NCBI GenBank assembly: GCA_900552845.1
Contig: USBC01000001.1
Span: 1-47,985, forward strand
Length of the DNA stretch: 47,985 nucleotides
From: an uncultured Oscillospiraceae bacterium
Lineage (GTDB): Bacteria; Bacillota; Clostridia; Oscillospirales; Ruminococcaceae
Direction of reading: 5' to 3'
Shown here: positions 30,240-39,940 of the stretch, in pieces
Layout: every line of letters begins with the position of its first letter
Numbering within the stretch: the first letter of the stretch is position 1
Translations under genes and position numbers: made by a program
Notes under the pieces: model-generated
What the model saw: the letters and a program-made list of their open reading frames with translations, nothing else
What the model was told of the DNA's origin: nothing
Databases searched by the model: none

Positions 30240-30358
30240 CTTTCCTTAGTCATTTTTCTTCTATCTTCCGGCGGCACGGCTCCATTTTTTATCGGAGCGA
30301 CCCTCCACTTCGCTTCGGGCACTCCTCGCTCATTCCGCCGCGCCGCCCGCCTTTTCAT

Positions 30359-31162
30359 TCACTTTGGTTCTTGCTCCGGCAGGTATCCCCTACCGCTCAA
30401 CTCCCACATGCACAGAGCCGCTGCAGCCGCCGCATTCAGTGATTCCGCTGTCCCGCGCATCGGGATATATACCTCCCCGCCGCAGGCGGCAATCACCTCT
30501 CGGCTCACGCCGTTGCCCTCATTGCCGATGACGATACCCCGGCATTCCCCTATCGGCAGCCTTTGCAGCGGCAGCGCCTCAGGGGTCAGCGTCGCTGCAT
30601 AGCAGCGTAGTCCCTGTTCTCTCCACGCAGCGATGCTCTCGGCTAAGTTTTCCACCCGCACCGTTTTCTGCCGCCAACCGCTGCCCATCGTGCTGCGAAT
30701 GACCTTGGGTGAAAAAAGATCGGGGCAGTGCGCCGAAAGCACTACTGCGGCGATCCCCATAGCCTCCGCCGTCCGCAGGATCGTCCCCAGATTGCCGGGA
30801 TCCTGCAACTCGTCCAGCAGCAGATAGCTGCCCGCCTGCATCGTCAATGGCTGCGTTTCCGGAATCTCACCCACCGCAAAAATCCCCTGTGGGTGCTCGG
30901 TATCGGAGATATATGCCGCCAGTTCATTGGAGATGGAAAAGCACCGCTGCACCAAGCCCTGCAGTGTAGCCGCTTCGGGATAACGCACGCCGTCATCGCT
31001 TATCAGCAGCGTCCGCAGCACAATACCGCTCTTTGCCGCGTCCAGCACCAGCCGTGTACCCTCAAGCACAAAGCAGCCGGTCTCCTCCCGCCGCTTCCGA
31101 CTGCCGGAAAGCCTGCGGTATTCCTTGATGAGCGCATTTTCGCGCGAGGTCAGCCGTTCCAT
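30359..31162 (-). CDS. TrmH/SpoU family RNA methyltransferase
   Basis: LQDPGNLGTILRTA, IGNEGNGVS, ESLNAA. RBS GGAGG before ATG 31162. Confidence 0.92.
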   Translation of the reverse strand: MERLTSRENALIKEYRRLSGSRKRREETGCFVLEGTRLVLDAAKSGIVLRTLLISDDGVRYPEAATLQGLVQRCFSISNELAAYISDTEHPQGIFAVGEIPETQPLTMQAGSYLLLDELQDPGNLGTILRTAEAMGIAAVVLSAHCPDLFSPKVIRSTMGSGWRQKTVRVENLAESIAAWREQGLRCYAATLTPEALPLQRLPIGECRGIVIGNEGNGVSREVIAACGGEVYIPMRGTAESLNAAAAAALCMWELSGRGYLPEQEPK

Positions 31163-31254
31163 CTTTTTCCTCCCTTTGGAAATGCTCTTTTTTTCTTTAT
31201 ACCCTAAGTCAGCTTCAAATGCAAGAAAATTTTTTGATTGTTTCATTTTCTGAC

Positions 31255-31298
31255 AAAAAAGCCCGCCCGACCTTGCCTTAGCAAAATCGGGCGGAACG
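31255..31298 (-). terminator. Terminator after rplT
   Basis: CCGCCCGA...TCGGGCGG stem followed by TTTTTT on the minus strand. Confidence 0.7.
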
Positions 31299-31307
31299 CT
31301 ATACTTT

Positions 31308-31661
31308 TTACAGAGCAGCCTTTGCCTTTTCGGTCAGTGCGGTAAAGGCAGCAGCATCATTGATCGCCAGCTCGGAGAGCATCTTGCGGTTCAGGTTGAT
31401 GCCGGCTTTCTTCAAGCCGTTCATGAACTGGGAATAGTTCATGCCGTTCAGCTTGCAGGCAGCAGAAATGCGGGTGATCCACAGGCGGCGGAAATCACGC
31501 TTCTTCTGCTTACGACCGATGTAAGCATAGTTGCCGGACTTCATAACAGCCTGTTTCGCCATCTTAAAGCGCTTGCTCTTTGCGCCAAAATAGCCCTTCG
31601 CCATCTTCAGGGTCTTTTTTCTTCTCTTGCGGGTCATCAACGCTCTTTTAATACGAGCCAT
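31308..31661 (-). CDS. rplT: 50S ribosomal protein L20
   Basis: MARIKR...KGYFGAKS...[12 protein letters not shown]. Confidence 0.98.
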   Translation of the reverse strand: MARIKRALMTRKRRKKTLKMAKGYFGAKSKRFKMAKQAVMKSGNYAYIGRKQKKRDFRRLWITRISAACKLNGMNYSQFMNGLKKAGINLNRKMLSELAINDAAAFTALTEKAKAAL

Positions 31662-31709
31662 ATCTTTTTACCTCCGTATCATATCTACTGTAAATGTTGT
31701 TGGTGGGGA

Positions 31710-31907
31710 TCAGGTGTTGGGCATCAGCAGCTTCAGCGCACCGACGTTGGTCTTATCGGCATAGGTGCCCTTGCGCAGATTTCTCTTGCGCTTGGTAGAC
31801 TTCTTGTTCAGGATATGAGACTTGTAGGCTTTGGCTCTCTTGACCTTACCGTTTTTGGTCAGCTTAAAGCGCTTTTTAGCACCGGTGTGGGTTTTCAGCT
31901 TGGGCAT
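31710..31907 (-). CDS. rpmI: 50S ribosomal protein L35
   Basis: [15 protein letters not shown]. Confidence 0.98.
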   Translation of the reverse strand: MPKLKTHTGAKKRFKLTKNGKVKRAKAYKSHILNKKSTKRKRNLRKGTYADKTNVGALKLLMPNT

Positions 31908-31929
31908 TTTATTTTCCTCCTAAATGTTA

Positions 31930-32460
31930 TTACTGCTTATTGGCAGGGGCGGGCTTCGCATTCATAAACATGATCATACTGCGGCCCTCCAGCTTGGCGG
32001 GCTTCTCCACGTTGCCTGCATCGGCGCACGCCTCGGCAAAGCGTTGCATGATACCGTACCCCAGCTGGGAATGTGCCATCTCACGGCCGCGGAAGCGAAT
32101 CGAAACCTTCACGCGGTTGCCGGAAGCAAGGAACTTCTTGGTCTGGTTTACCTTGGTATCAAAGTCGTGGGTATCAATGTTCAGGGAAAGACGGGTTTCC
32201 TTCACCTCGATGGTTTTCTGGTTCTTCCGGGATTCCTTTTCACGCTTGGCCTGCTCAAACCGGTATTTGCCGTAATCCATAATGCGGCAAACCGGCGGCT
32301 GCGCCTGCGGCGCGATCTTTACGAGATCCAGGCTCTTTTCCTGCGCCATATTGTAGGCATCGCGGGAGGACATAATCCCCAGCTGCTCACCATCAGCACC
32401 GATCACACGGACCTCTTTATCGCGGATCTCTTCATTGATCTGCAGTTCTTTGTTTGCGAT
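31930..32460 (-). CDS. infC: Translation initiation factor IF-3, with a non-canonical ATC start
   Basis: INEEIRDKEVRVI, PPVCRIMDYGK, FRGRE. RBS GGAGGT sits 8 nt before an in-frame ATC at 32460. Confidence 0.95.
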   Translation of the reverse strand: MANKELQINEEIRDKEVRVIGADGEQLGIMSSRDAYNMAQEKSLDLVKIAPQAQPPVCRIMDYGKYRFEQAKREKESRKNQKTIEVKETRLSLNIDTHDFDTKVNQTKKFLASGNRVKVSIRFRGREMAHSQLGYGIMQRFAEACADAGNVEKPAKLEGRSMIMFMNAKPAPANKQ

Positions 32461-32507
32461 TGCAAAGCACCTCCTGACTAAATGGGTTGTGATTCTCCGA
32501 TGTTCTC

Positions 32508-32650
32508 TGTAAATAAAAAGCACGGACATTACATCAATCGTCCGCGCCAAAAGAACGCAAGCCTCCCGTGTGATACGGGCCTTGCCTCTATTGACCATGC
32601 CTGCAACCGATGTGCGGCAGGTGAGAACGATCATGTTCTGCTTTCTTTAC
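32508..32650 (-). ncRNA. L20 leader-like cis-regulatory RNA with terminator
   Basis: Upstream of infC-rpmI-rplT. AAGCAGAAC...GTTCTCACCTG...CAGG resembles the L20 leader; GCGCGGAC...GTCCGTGC-TTTTTATTT terminator. Boundaries approximate. Confidence 0.7.
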
Positions 32651-32656
32651 TCGCTT

Positions 32657-32685
32657 ATCATACCAAATCTCTCTCCCCCTGTCAA
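32657..32685 (-). promoter_or_regulatory. Sigma-A promoter of the infC operon
   Basis: TTGACA-17 bp-TATGAT. Confidence 0.8.
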
Positions 32686-32819
32686 GGGGGGATTTATGTT
32701 TTTCATCGTTTCTCAAAGCACTTTCAAGAAAGGGCTTGACCGAAAGCTGATTTGCAGTCCGCTGTTCGCTTGACCGAAGGGAAATACTGTCTTTGCTTAC
32801 TGGTCCTTCCCGCAGTCCG

Positions 32820-35800
32820 TTACAGCTCCACCTTCACTGCTTTTCCCAGGTGGAACGAGTAAAGGATCGCCTCTGCCACCGGCAGCCCCAACTGCCGCCG
32901 CACCATTGCGGCATACAGCCTGAGCTGCAAAGCGTAACGCTCCGGCAGTTCCTCCGGCTCCTTGATGCGATCGGTCTTGTAGTCCAGCAGTACGGCATGG
33001 TCGCCCTCTATCAGCACGGCGTCCACGGCACCCATCACCAGAGTGGCAGCAGGCACCGTCAGCGTTTCGTCGATTGCCGCCAGTTCCTCCGGCGTAAATT
33101 CCTGCAAAAAGCGCATCTCACGGTAAATGCGGTCAGCGCGCAGCATTCGTTCTCCCAGCGGAGAGTCGATCAGCTTTTTAAGCGTATCCGGCTCCACCAG
33201 ATCGCCGTCCTCCCGGTAAAGATACCCCTCTGTCACCAGTCGGGCAAGCTCACCCTTCGGGTCGTCCCGCAGCGCTGCAAGGTCGGCAAACTGCATGGCA
33301 CGGTGGGCGGCATTGCCCCGCTCCGTCGCCGTTGCCTCCTGCCGGGTCAGGCACTTGGGTCTGCGCCGCAGCAGATATCTTCCTCTTGCAGCACGCTCCG
33401 CCAGTTCACTCACTGCTACCCGTCGGGGCGTCACTGTGTCGGCACGGTAGGGATACTCATACGCCAATGCCGCAGTCAGCTTCTCCAGCTTTTCCTGCTC
33501 CGGCGCAGGCAAAGCCTTCTCCGTCTCATCATGCTGCATGGCAATTGCGTCCTCCTGCTGTTCCCACGGTGTTAAAAGCCGGAGGTCCAGTTCCTCCTCG
33601 CAGCACACCGCACCGCGCAGCCAGTCCCAACTGCTTGTCGCAGCGCAGGCACTCCAGCCGTAGTGCTCCGTTTCAGAGGCGTCGCTCTTTTCCATGCCCT
33701 GCGCCGCCTTACTGCCGGAAGCCACCAGATATAGCTTTTCTCTGGCACGGGTCAGCGCCACATACAAAACCCGCATCTCCTCCTGCAGCCGCAGCTTTTG
33801 GTTTTTGATTTGAACCGCCGTCAATGGCAGCGTTTTATGCTGGCGCATGGTATAGTTGTCCCGCAGCTTGCAGGCAAATCCCAGTTCGCGGTCCATGGCA
33901 ATATCGGTGCTCTCTCTCCCACGGCTGAAGCGCTCCCCGCAGCCCACTAAAAATACCACAGGGAATTCCAGTCCTTTGCTGTGGTGAATGGTCAGAACGC
34001 TGACTGCGTCTCCCTGCGCAGGGGCAGCGCTTTGCAGATGCAGTCCCCGATCCGCCATGCGGCGCAGGTATTCGGCAAAATCGCTTTCTCCCCGTCCCTC
34101 CGCCTCATGCTCGGCGGCGTGCATCTGTAAAAGACGCAGGTTGGCGACTGCCGCCTCGCCCTCCGGCAGCACACGGCACTTATCGGCAAATCCGGTCACC
34201 TCACAAATCTCCCGGATCATATCGGCAGCGGACAGCTCCTGCAGCCTGCCGCGTAACAGCGCATAGTCCCTTAGGAAGTCCCCGAATTTTGCATTCTCAG
34301 GTGTTTTTTCCAGCAGGTTGCGGTACAGTCGCTCCCGCCGTCCGGCTTGACGCAGCACCGCCAGATCATCACTGGTAAAGCCATACATCGGGCTGGTCAG
34401 TACCTCGGCAAGCTCCATATCCAGCATCGGGTTTGCCAGCACCGCCAGATAGGAAAGGACGATCTTTACCTCTCTTGTCTCCAGCAGGTTCTCATTCTTG
34501 GTGCTGCGCGCCCCAACGCCCCGTTCCAGCAGGGCATCTATGTAGATCTGATCGCGGTTTTTGGCGTTCCGCATCAGAATACAAATATCCCCCGGTCGTA
34601 CCGGTCGGCGCGCGCCGTTCTCCTCTACCGTAAAACCCTCCCGCAGCAGCCGTACGATTTCCCGTGCCACCTCGGCAGCCTCGGCGCGGCGGTAGTCATC
34701 GGCACGGGTAGAGCTGTCTCCCGTAATGACCATCGCCGTCACCGGTCTCGGTACTCCGTAATCATACGGCAGAGAAGCCACCAGCTCGTCCTCCGGCAGG
34801 TATTCCATGCCGGCAGCAGCCTGTGTCATAATCTGCCGGAACAACCGGTTGATAAAGCCTGTGATCTCCCGGCGGGTGCGGAAGTTGGCGTTCAGCGCTA
34901 TCTTGGCAGGAAACACCTTGTCGTCCACAGGAAAATAATCGGCACGCTTTTCCAAAAAGTTTTCGGGGCATGCCTCACGGAAGCTGTAAATGCTCTGCTT
35001 GACATCGCCCACCATAAAGCGGCTCGCCCCGCCTGCCGTCAGCGCTCTGAAAACCTGCTCCTGCAAAAAGCTGGTGTCCTGATATTCGTCCAGCATGATC
35101 TCGGTATAGCGGCTTCCCAGCGTCTTTGCCAATGCCGTCGGCGTTCCGTCCGGCTGTACCAGCAGCGCCAGGGTATAGTGCTCCAGATCGCTGTAATCCA
35201 GTCGTCTGCGCTCCCGCTTGGCAGCAATATAGCGGGTGTCAAATTCCAGCATCAACTCCCGCAGCCGTTCCATCAGCGGCGAAAGCGCCGTCTGGTCGGC
35301 ACGGTACTGCGCTGCGTCCATCAGGTAAATATCGGTTTTCAACTCCCGTACCATAACCACCGCCGACCGGCGCAGCTGCCGGATCTTTTCCTTGGCTGCA
35401 AGGTCGATCCACTTTTTACGGGGGAAATCCGGAAAGCTCGCCTGCAAAATCCGCTCGGTCTGGGTATCCCAGTCGTCCTCCGAAACGCTTTGCATCAGGC
35501 GCTGCAGCATGGCAAGGTCGTCCCGCAGCAGCGTGCCGATGATATCCCGCAGCAGCTCGTCCTCGCTTCCTGCCAGAAGCGTCCGGCATTCCCCGATGAG
35601 ATTGACGGCATGCTGCAGGGTCTCAGAGGCGGAAAGCCGCAGCATGTCGCACCACGCCGTTTCCTCCAGCGGCGTTTCGGCGTCGGCTTTAATGTGCTCC
35701 TGCGCCCAGCTGCGGTAAAAGGGGTGGTTGCGCAAAAAGTCGTAAAGCTGCAAAAGCGCCTGCGTCACCCCATAGTCGCTGCGGCTGCCGGAAAACAACT

Positions 35801-36281
35801 CCATGAGCCGCATGAAGTCCGGATCGCCTTTTTCGTACTCCTCGTCCAGCAGCGCCTCCAGCACCGCCGACTGTATCAGTTCATTTTCTCCCTCCCTGCC
35901 CAGCTTCATATCGCCGGGCAGCCCCAGCTCCTGAAAATTCTCCCGGATCAGCCGGTAGCAGAAGGCATGTATCGTGCAAATTTCGGCATTGCCCAGCAAA
36001 AGGCTCTGGCGGCGCAGTGCCCTATTTTCCGGCTCCTGCTCCATCTTTTCATACAGCCTTTGGGCAATACGCTGCCGCATCTCCTCTGCAGCGGCATTGG
36101 AAAAGGTCACAATGAGCAGCCGGTCAATATCCACCGGCGCTTCCCAGTCGGTAATGAGGTTCAGCACGCGCTCGGTCAGTACGGCGGTTTTTCCGCTGCC
36201 TGCCGCCGCCGACACCAGCAGATCACCGCCCCGTGTACGGATCGCCTGGCTTTGAGGCCTTGTCCATTTTCGCTCGCTCAT
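32820..36281 (-). CDS. addA: ATP-dependent helicase/nuclease subunit A
   Basis: SAAAGSGKT, DEYQD, VGDVKQSIYSFR, TIHHSKGLEF, YVALTRA, C-terminal GAVD...DYKT nuclease. Confidence 0.93.
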   Translation of the reverse strand: MSERKWTRPQSQAIRTRGGDLLVSAAAGSGKTAVLTERVLNLITDWEAPVDIDRLLIVTFSNAAAEEMRQRIAQRLYEKMEQEPENRALRRQSLLLGNAEICTIHAFCYRLIRENFQELGLPGDMKLGREGENELIQSAVLEALLDEEYEKGDPDFMRLMELFSGSRSDYGVTQALLQLYDFLRNHPFYRSWAQEHIKADAETPLEETAWCDMLRLSASETLQHAVNLIGECRTLLAGSEDELLRDIIGTLLRDDLAMLQRLMQSVSEDDWDTQTERILQASFPDFPRKKWIDLAAKEKIRQLRRSAVVMVRELKTDIYLMDAAQYRADQTALSPLMERLRELMLEFDTRYIAAKRERRRLDYSDLEHYTLALLVQPDGTPTALAKTLGSRYTEIMLDEYQDTSFLQEQVFRALTAGGASRFMVGDVKQSIYSFREACPENFLEKRADYFPVDDKVFPAKIALNANFRTRREITGFINRLFRQIMTQAAAGMEYLPEDELVASLPYDYGVPRPVTAMVITGDSSTRADDYRRAEAAEVAREIVRLLREGFTVEENGARRPVRPGDICILMRNAKNRDQIYIDALLERGVGARSTKNENLLETREVKIVLSYLAVLANPMLDMELAEVLTSPMYGFTSDDLAVLRQAGRRERLYRNLLEKTPENAKFGDFLRDYALLRGRLQELSAADMIREICEVTGFADKCRVLPEGEAAVANLRLLQMHAAEHEAEGRGESDFAEYLRRMADRGLHLQSAAPAQGDAVSVLTIHHSKGLEFPVVFLVGCGERFSRGRESTDIAMDRELGFACKLRDNYTMRQHKTLPLTAVQIKNQKLRLQEEMRVLYVALTRAREKLYLVASGSKAAQGMEKSDASETEHYGWSACAATSSWDWLRGAVCCEEELDLRLLTPWEQQEDAIAMQHDETEKALPAPEQEKLEKLTAALAYEYPYRADTVTPRRVAVSELAERAARGRYLLRRRPKCLTRQEATATERGNAAHRAMQFADLAALRDDPKGELARLVTEGYLYREDGDLVEPDTLKKLIDSPLGERMLRADRIYREMRFLQEFTPEELAAIDETLTVPAATLVMGAVDAVLIEGDHAVLLDYKTDRIKEPEELPERYALQLRLYAAMVRRQLGLPVAEAILYSFHLGKAVKVEL

Positions 36282-39200
36282 TGTCCTTCCTCCTCTCCGC
36301 CCAGCTCCCTATGGCAGCCATCGGGCTTATTGTTGTTGCAAAGCCCCGCATAGGGACAGTAGCCGCAGGGGTCGTTTCCTCCGCCCCGTGCCGGTAAGGG
36401 CGCCACCTTACCGGCAAGCAGCTCGGTCCCCATTCCGGTTATATTATCGTAAACGGTCTCCCGCAGCTTTTCAAAGGCCTCGCGGCTGTAAACCCGCGAT
36501 GCCTTGGAAAGTTCGCCCTTCTGGGTCAGTGCCGCCGGGATATATACCCCCGCCAACTCCTGCTCCATGGCGCGCAGCACCGTTTCGTCCTCCAGCAGCA
36601 TGCCCTTCATGCGCAGCGCCTTGCTAATGGCTTCCTCCACCCCCTCCTCGGGGAGATCCGCAGTGGTATTTACCGCCTCCAGCCGGCTGGGGAGGTACAA
36701 TACGCCGGCAGGCTGCGGTGTGCCGAAGCGGTGTCCCTCATCGCCGCAGGCGGCGTAGAGGTAGATGAGCATCTGCATATTCAGTCCGTAGGACACCTCT
36801 TCAAATTTGAATTCCTTGGTGCCGGATTTGTAGTCGATGACCCGCAGGTAGTCGCCGTCCGTCCCGTGGTACAGGTCAACACGGTCGATGGAACCGCGCA
36901 GCAAAATCGGGGTACCGTCCTCCGCCGCAAGGCGGGGGGACGCCACCTCTCCGCCCTCCCCGACCGAGACCTCGGTAGCGGCGGTAAAGAACTCGCTCTG
37001 GGCAAATTCGGCAGCAAGGTGCCGCACAATAACTCCCAGCATCAGCCGCAGGCGGTCAAACTGGTAGCGAAATCGAGCTGTAACGGCATCAGGGTTCGGT
37101 ATCATTCGGTCAATGTACTCCCGAAGATAACGCCGAATGCCGCCGTCCAACTCGTCATCGGTAAGAGTGGACAGGCCATCGCTGCCGTAGCAGTTTACCA
37201 TCTGCTGAAAGACATAGTGAATCGCGGAACCGGATTCAAACGGGGAAAATTCGACTCGCTGGCGCGGGCGGAGCCGCAGCATTTTATCACAGAAAAAGAA
37301 ATAGGGACACTGGTAGAACCGGTCGATGGCGGTAGGAGCAAGCCGAAGCTCCCGACCCAGCAGGGCGCGGGCATTTTCGGGGGTAATGCCGGCTGCCGGA
37401 AGATCGGCGGCGGCACGGGTCAGCGCCTTGGGATAGTCCCCCTCACCCAGCCGCTCCAAAAGCGCCGACAGCAGCGCCTCCTCCTCGGGGCGGCGCCCCA
37501 GTGCGGCAGCGCAGCGGCTCTTGGCGGTCGTTCGGTTCACCACCCAAAAATCGAGCGGCATCTGTTCTGTCGGCTCCGCTGTAATGTTCAAGGGGCGAAT
37601 CGTCCGCAAAAGATAGCTTGCCGGTGCCAAAGCAGTATCCCCTGCAATGCTGCGGCGGGCATAGGTAATATAAAGCCGCTGGGCAGGGGCGGTAAGCGCC
37701 GAGTACAGCACAAACTGCTCCCGCAGGGCGCTTTCCGTTCCGATGACCGGCAGCTCGGTGCCGCGGGCATTCAATTCCTCCCTTTCGCGGGCGGAAAAAA
37801 GTCCTGCCGTTTTTCCGACAGCGGGGAACACGCCCTCATTGACGCCGAGGACGAAAACCGCACGGGGCGACTGCAGGCGCACCCGGTCGCTTTCCGCCAG
37901 AAGGACATGATCGACAGTATTGGGCACGCTGCCCAGATCAATGCGGGAAAGCGCCAGCCGGAACAGGTCGCTCCACTCCCGTGCCGAAAGAGTTTTCCCG
38001 GTGTAAAAATCGCTCATCAGGTCCAGCACATCGACAATGCAGTTCCATTGGCGGTCGATTGCTTCCCGCTCCGCCATCTCGCAGCCGGCAGTCAGGTGGG
38101 TCAATGCATCGGCGGCGGCAACATAGCGGTACACCGCCGTGGCAAAGCCGACACCGTCAGCGCTTCGCAACGCCTGCCGCAGTACCTCCAGCGGCTCCAT
38201 GACTATCCTGCGGGCAGCCTCAATTTTGGCAAGCTCTGCAGCATAGTCCTCCGCCGCAGCGTCGGATAACCCCTCCGGATTGGCAGTGAAGGAGCGCAGC
38301 CAGTCTTCCCCGCCGATATTCCACACAAAGCAGTAATTCTCCAGTTGACCCGCCTGCTGGGGATCCAGCCCCGAAGCGGCGGAGCGTGCAAGCCGCAGTA
38401 CCGCAGCGGTCTTTATGCCGCCGACTGCCGCCTCCAATGCAGTGAGGATATAAAACGGCAGCGGAGCAAGCAGGATATTCTGCTTTTCGCCGCAGAAATA
38501 GGGCAGTTGATATTCCTCCAGTACCGTTTTGGCGTTGCGGTACCGCTCCATATCCCGGCACAGTATAACGCAGTCCCGATAGCGGCAGCCCTCCTGCCGC
38601 ACCAGCCGGCTGATCTCCGCTGCGGCAAAGCGCATCTCCTCGTAGACTGTCGGCGCTTCAATGAGCCGCAGGGCGTCCCCCGTTACCGGAGCGACGGTTC
38701 CGGGATCGGTAAATGCCTGCCGCAGCGCAGCAAGATCGGGGCTGTTTTTGTGGCGTTCATCGCCGGTTAGGAAAAGCGGCTCCTCGCATGCGCACCTGTG
38801 CGCCCCCGCATACGCGCGCAGGCGCAGGAGGAATTTTTTTTGATAAAGGAAGATGTCCTCACCGGGGTCGAGAGAGGGGCAGGTCATCGAGAGGGTGAGC
38901 TGCGAAGCGGAGAGAAGCATCTGCTCCAAAAGGGCGCGCTCACTGACCGAAAAATAGTCGAAGCTGTCAACCCAGATATGTTTGCCAGCGAACCAGTCCT
39001 TTTCGGCGGCACGCTGCAGGGCGAGGGTCAGCTCGTCCAACGGGTCGTGAAAGCGCTGTTCCACCAGCGCAGCAAACGCCTCATAGATAAGGGACATATC
39101 CCGCAGCTTTTCGCCCAAAGCGCCGACGGTCTGCTCTGCCAGCTCCGCTACGCCCTGCGGCGTGATACCGGCACGCTTGAAATCCGCCACAGTTTGCAGC

Positions 39201-39556
39201 ATATCGCTCAAAAAGCCGGTATAACCTGCCTGACGACGGTAAATACCGAGCTGTTCCTGTACCTCATCAATGGCTTCCCGCATCAAAAGGGCACGGCTGA
39301 CCTCATCAAGGGGGCGGCTGGTCAGACCGCCGCACTCCCGAAAGATATTTTCCGCAAGCCGCGGAAAGCTGAGCAGTGTGATATACTGCTGTTCCTCGCC
39401 GGTAAACAGGGCGCTGACACGGCGCTCCATCTCAAAGGAGGCATGCTCCGGCACCAACAGCAGGACGCTCTGCTGCCGTGCGGCGGCTTCTCTTATCTGG
39501 CGCAGCACCTCGGTGGTTTTTCCGGCACCGGCTTCGCCTAAAATCATTCGCAGCAT
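36278..39556 (-). CDS. addB: ATP-dependent helicase/nuclease subunit B
   Basis: GEAGAGKT, CPY, GSIDRVD...IDYKSG, C-terminal CGYCPYAGLC Fe-S staple. ATG 39556 after RBS AAAGGAG. Confidence 0.92.
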   Translation of the reverse strand: MLRMILGEAGAGKTTEVLRQIREAAARQQSVLLLVPEHASFEMERRVSALFTGEEQQYITLLSFPRLAENIFRECGGLTSRPLDEVSRALLMREAIDEVQEQLGIYRRQAGYTGFLSDMLQTVADFKRAGITPQGVAELAEQTVGALGEKLRDMSLIYEAFAALVEQRFHDPLDELTLALQRAAEKDWFAGKHIWVDSFDYFSVSERALLEQMLLSASQLTLSMTCPSLDPGEDIFLYQKKFLLRLRAYAGAHRCACEEPLFLTGDERHKNSPDLAALRQAFTDPGTVAPVTGDALRLIEAPTVYEEMRFAAAEISRLVRQEGCRYRDCVILCRDMERYRNAKTVLEEYQLPYFCGEKQNILLAPLPFYILTALEAAVGGIKTAAVLRLARSAASGLDPQQAGQLENYCFVWNIGGEDWLRSFTANPEGLSDAAAEDYAAELAKIEAARRIVMEPLEVLRQALRSADGVGFATAVYRYVAAADALTHLTAGCEMAEREAIDRQWNCIVDVLDLMSDFYTGKTLSAREWSDLFRLALSRIDLGSVPNTVDHVLLAESDRVRLQSPRAVFVLGVNEGVFPAVGKTAGLFSAREREELNARGTELPVIGTESALREQFVLYSALTAPAQRLYITYARRSIAGDTALAPASYLLRTIRPLNITAEPTEQMPLDFWVVNRTTAKSRCAAALGRRPEEEALLSALLERLGEGDYPKALTRAAADLPAAGITPENARALLGRELRLAPTAIDRFYQCPYFFFCDKMLRLRPRQRVEFSPFESGSAIHYVFQQMVNCYGSDGLSTLTDDELDGGIRRYLREYIDRMIPNPDAVTARFRYQFDRLRLMLGVIVRHLAAEFAQSEFFTAATEVSVGEGGEVASPRLAAEDGTPILLRGSIDRVDLYHGTDGDYLRVIDYKSGTKEFKFEEVSYGLNMQMLIYLYAACGDEGHRFGTPQPAGVLYLPSRLEAVNTTADLPEEGVEEAISKALRMKGMLLEDETVLRAMEQELAGVYIPAALTQKGELSKASRVYSREAFEKLRETVYDNITGMGTELLAGKVAPLPARGGGNDPCGYCPYAGLCNNNKPDGCHRELGGEEEGQ

Positions 39557-39622
39557 AGGAAAACTCCTTTCAGGGGTGGTTCGATGGAGAGAGCTAAGGG
39601 AACACTGGAAGGAACCGGAAAG

Positions 39623-39711
39623 ACCGCCCGCAGGGCGCGCCGCCGCAGGCGGCGCAGAGGGCGGCAAAGCCGCCCCAAGCGCCCCGCAGGGGCGCTTGCC
39701 CTGCGGGCGGT
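39623..39711. repeat. GC-rich four-way-junction palindromic element (REP/MITE-like) in the addB leader
   Basis: Perfect 14-bp outer stem enclosing three perfect hairpins of 8, 7 and 9 bp with 3-nt loops. Confidence 0.75.
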
Positions 39712-39872
39712 GGGGTAAAAAGCTATGCGCCCCTTGACCGTTCCTGTGAATAATACAATTCTTAAATTTAATTGTAGCACACAATTTGCCGCAGGTACAG
39801 CCTTTGGAAAAGAAAAAACGAACAAATTTTCTTTTTTGTGATATTTCAGCCATTTTTCTGTCATTTTCTGCG

Positions 39873-39925
39873 CAAAACGCCGCCTGCATACCCAAAGGTG
39901 ATGGGAAGCAGGCGGCGGGCTTTTG
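39873..39925 (-). terminator. Terminator after spo0A
   Basis: CGCCGCCTGC...GCAGGCGGCG stem with T residues on both sides. Confidence 0.7.
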
Positions 39926-39940
39926 GTTCGGAGAAAAGTA

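Noticed and set aside
32461..32634. N-terminal extension of infC in the ORF track
   Set aside because: Runs through the L20 leader RNA; the RBS supports the ATC start at 32460.
32734..32778. 11-bp direct repeat GCTTGACCGAA, 34 bp apart
   Set aside because: Only two copies, with no CRISPR-like array or other supporting context.
4496..38269. Many long plus-strand ORFs (e.g. 4496-5722, 8236-9507, 14600-15976, 20534-22417, 34347-36353)
   Set aside because: Antisense shadows of well-supported minus-strand genes, expected from GC-rich codon bias; no RBS or domain motifs.
39557..39895. 113-aa N-terminal extension of addB and overlapping GC-rich ORFs
   Set aside because: Produced by the stop-poor palindromic element; AddB homology and the RBS begin at 39556.
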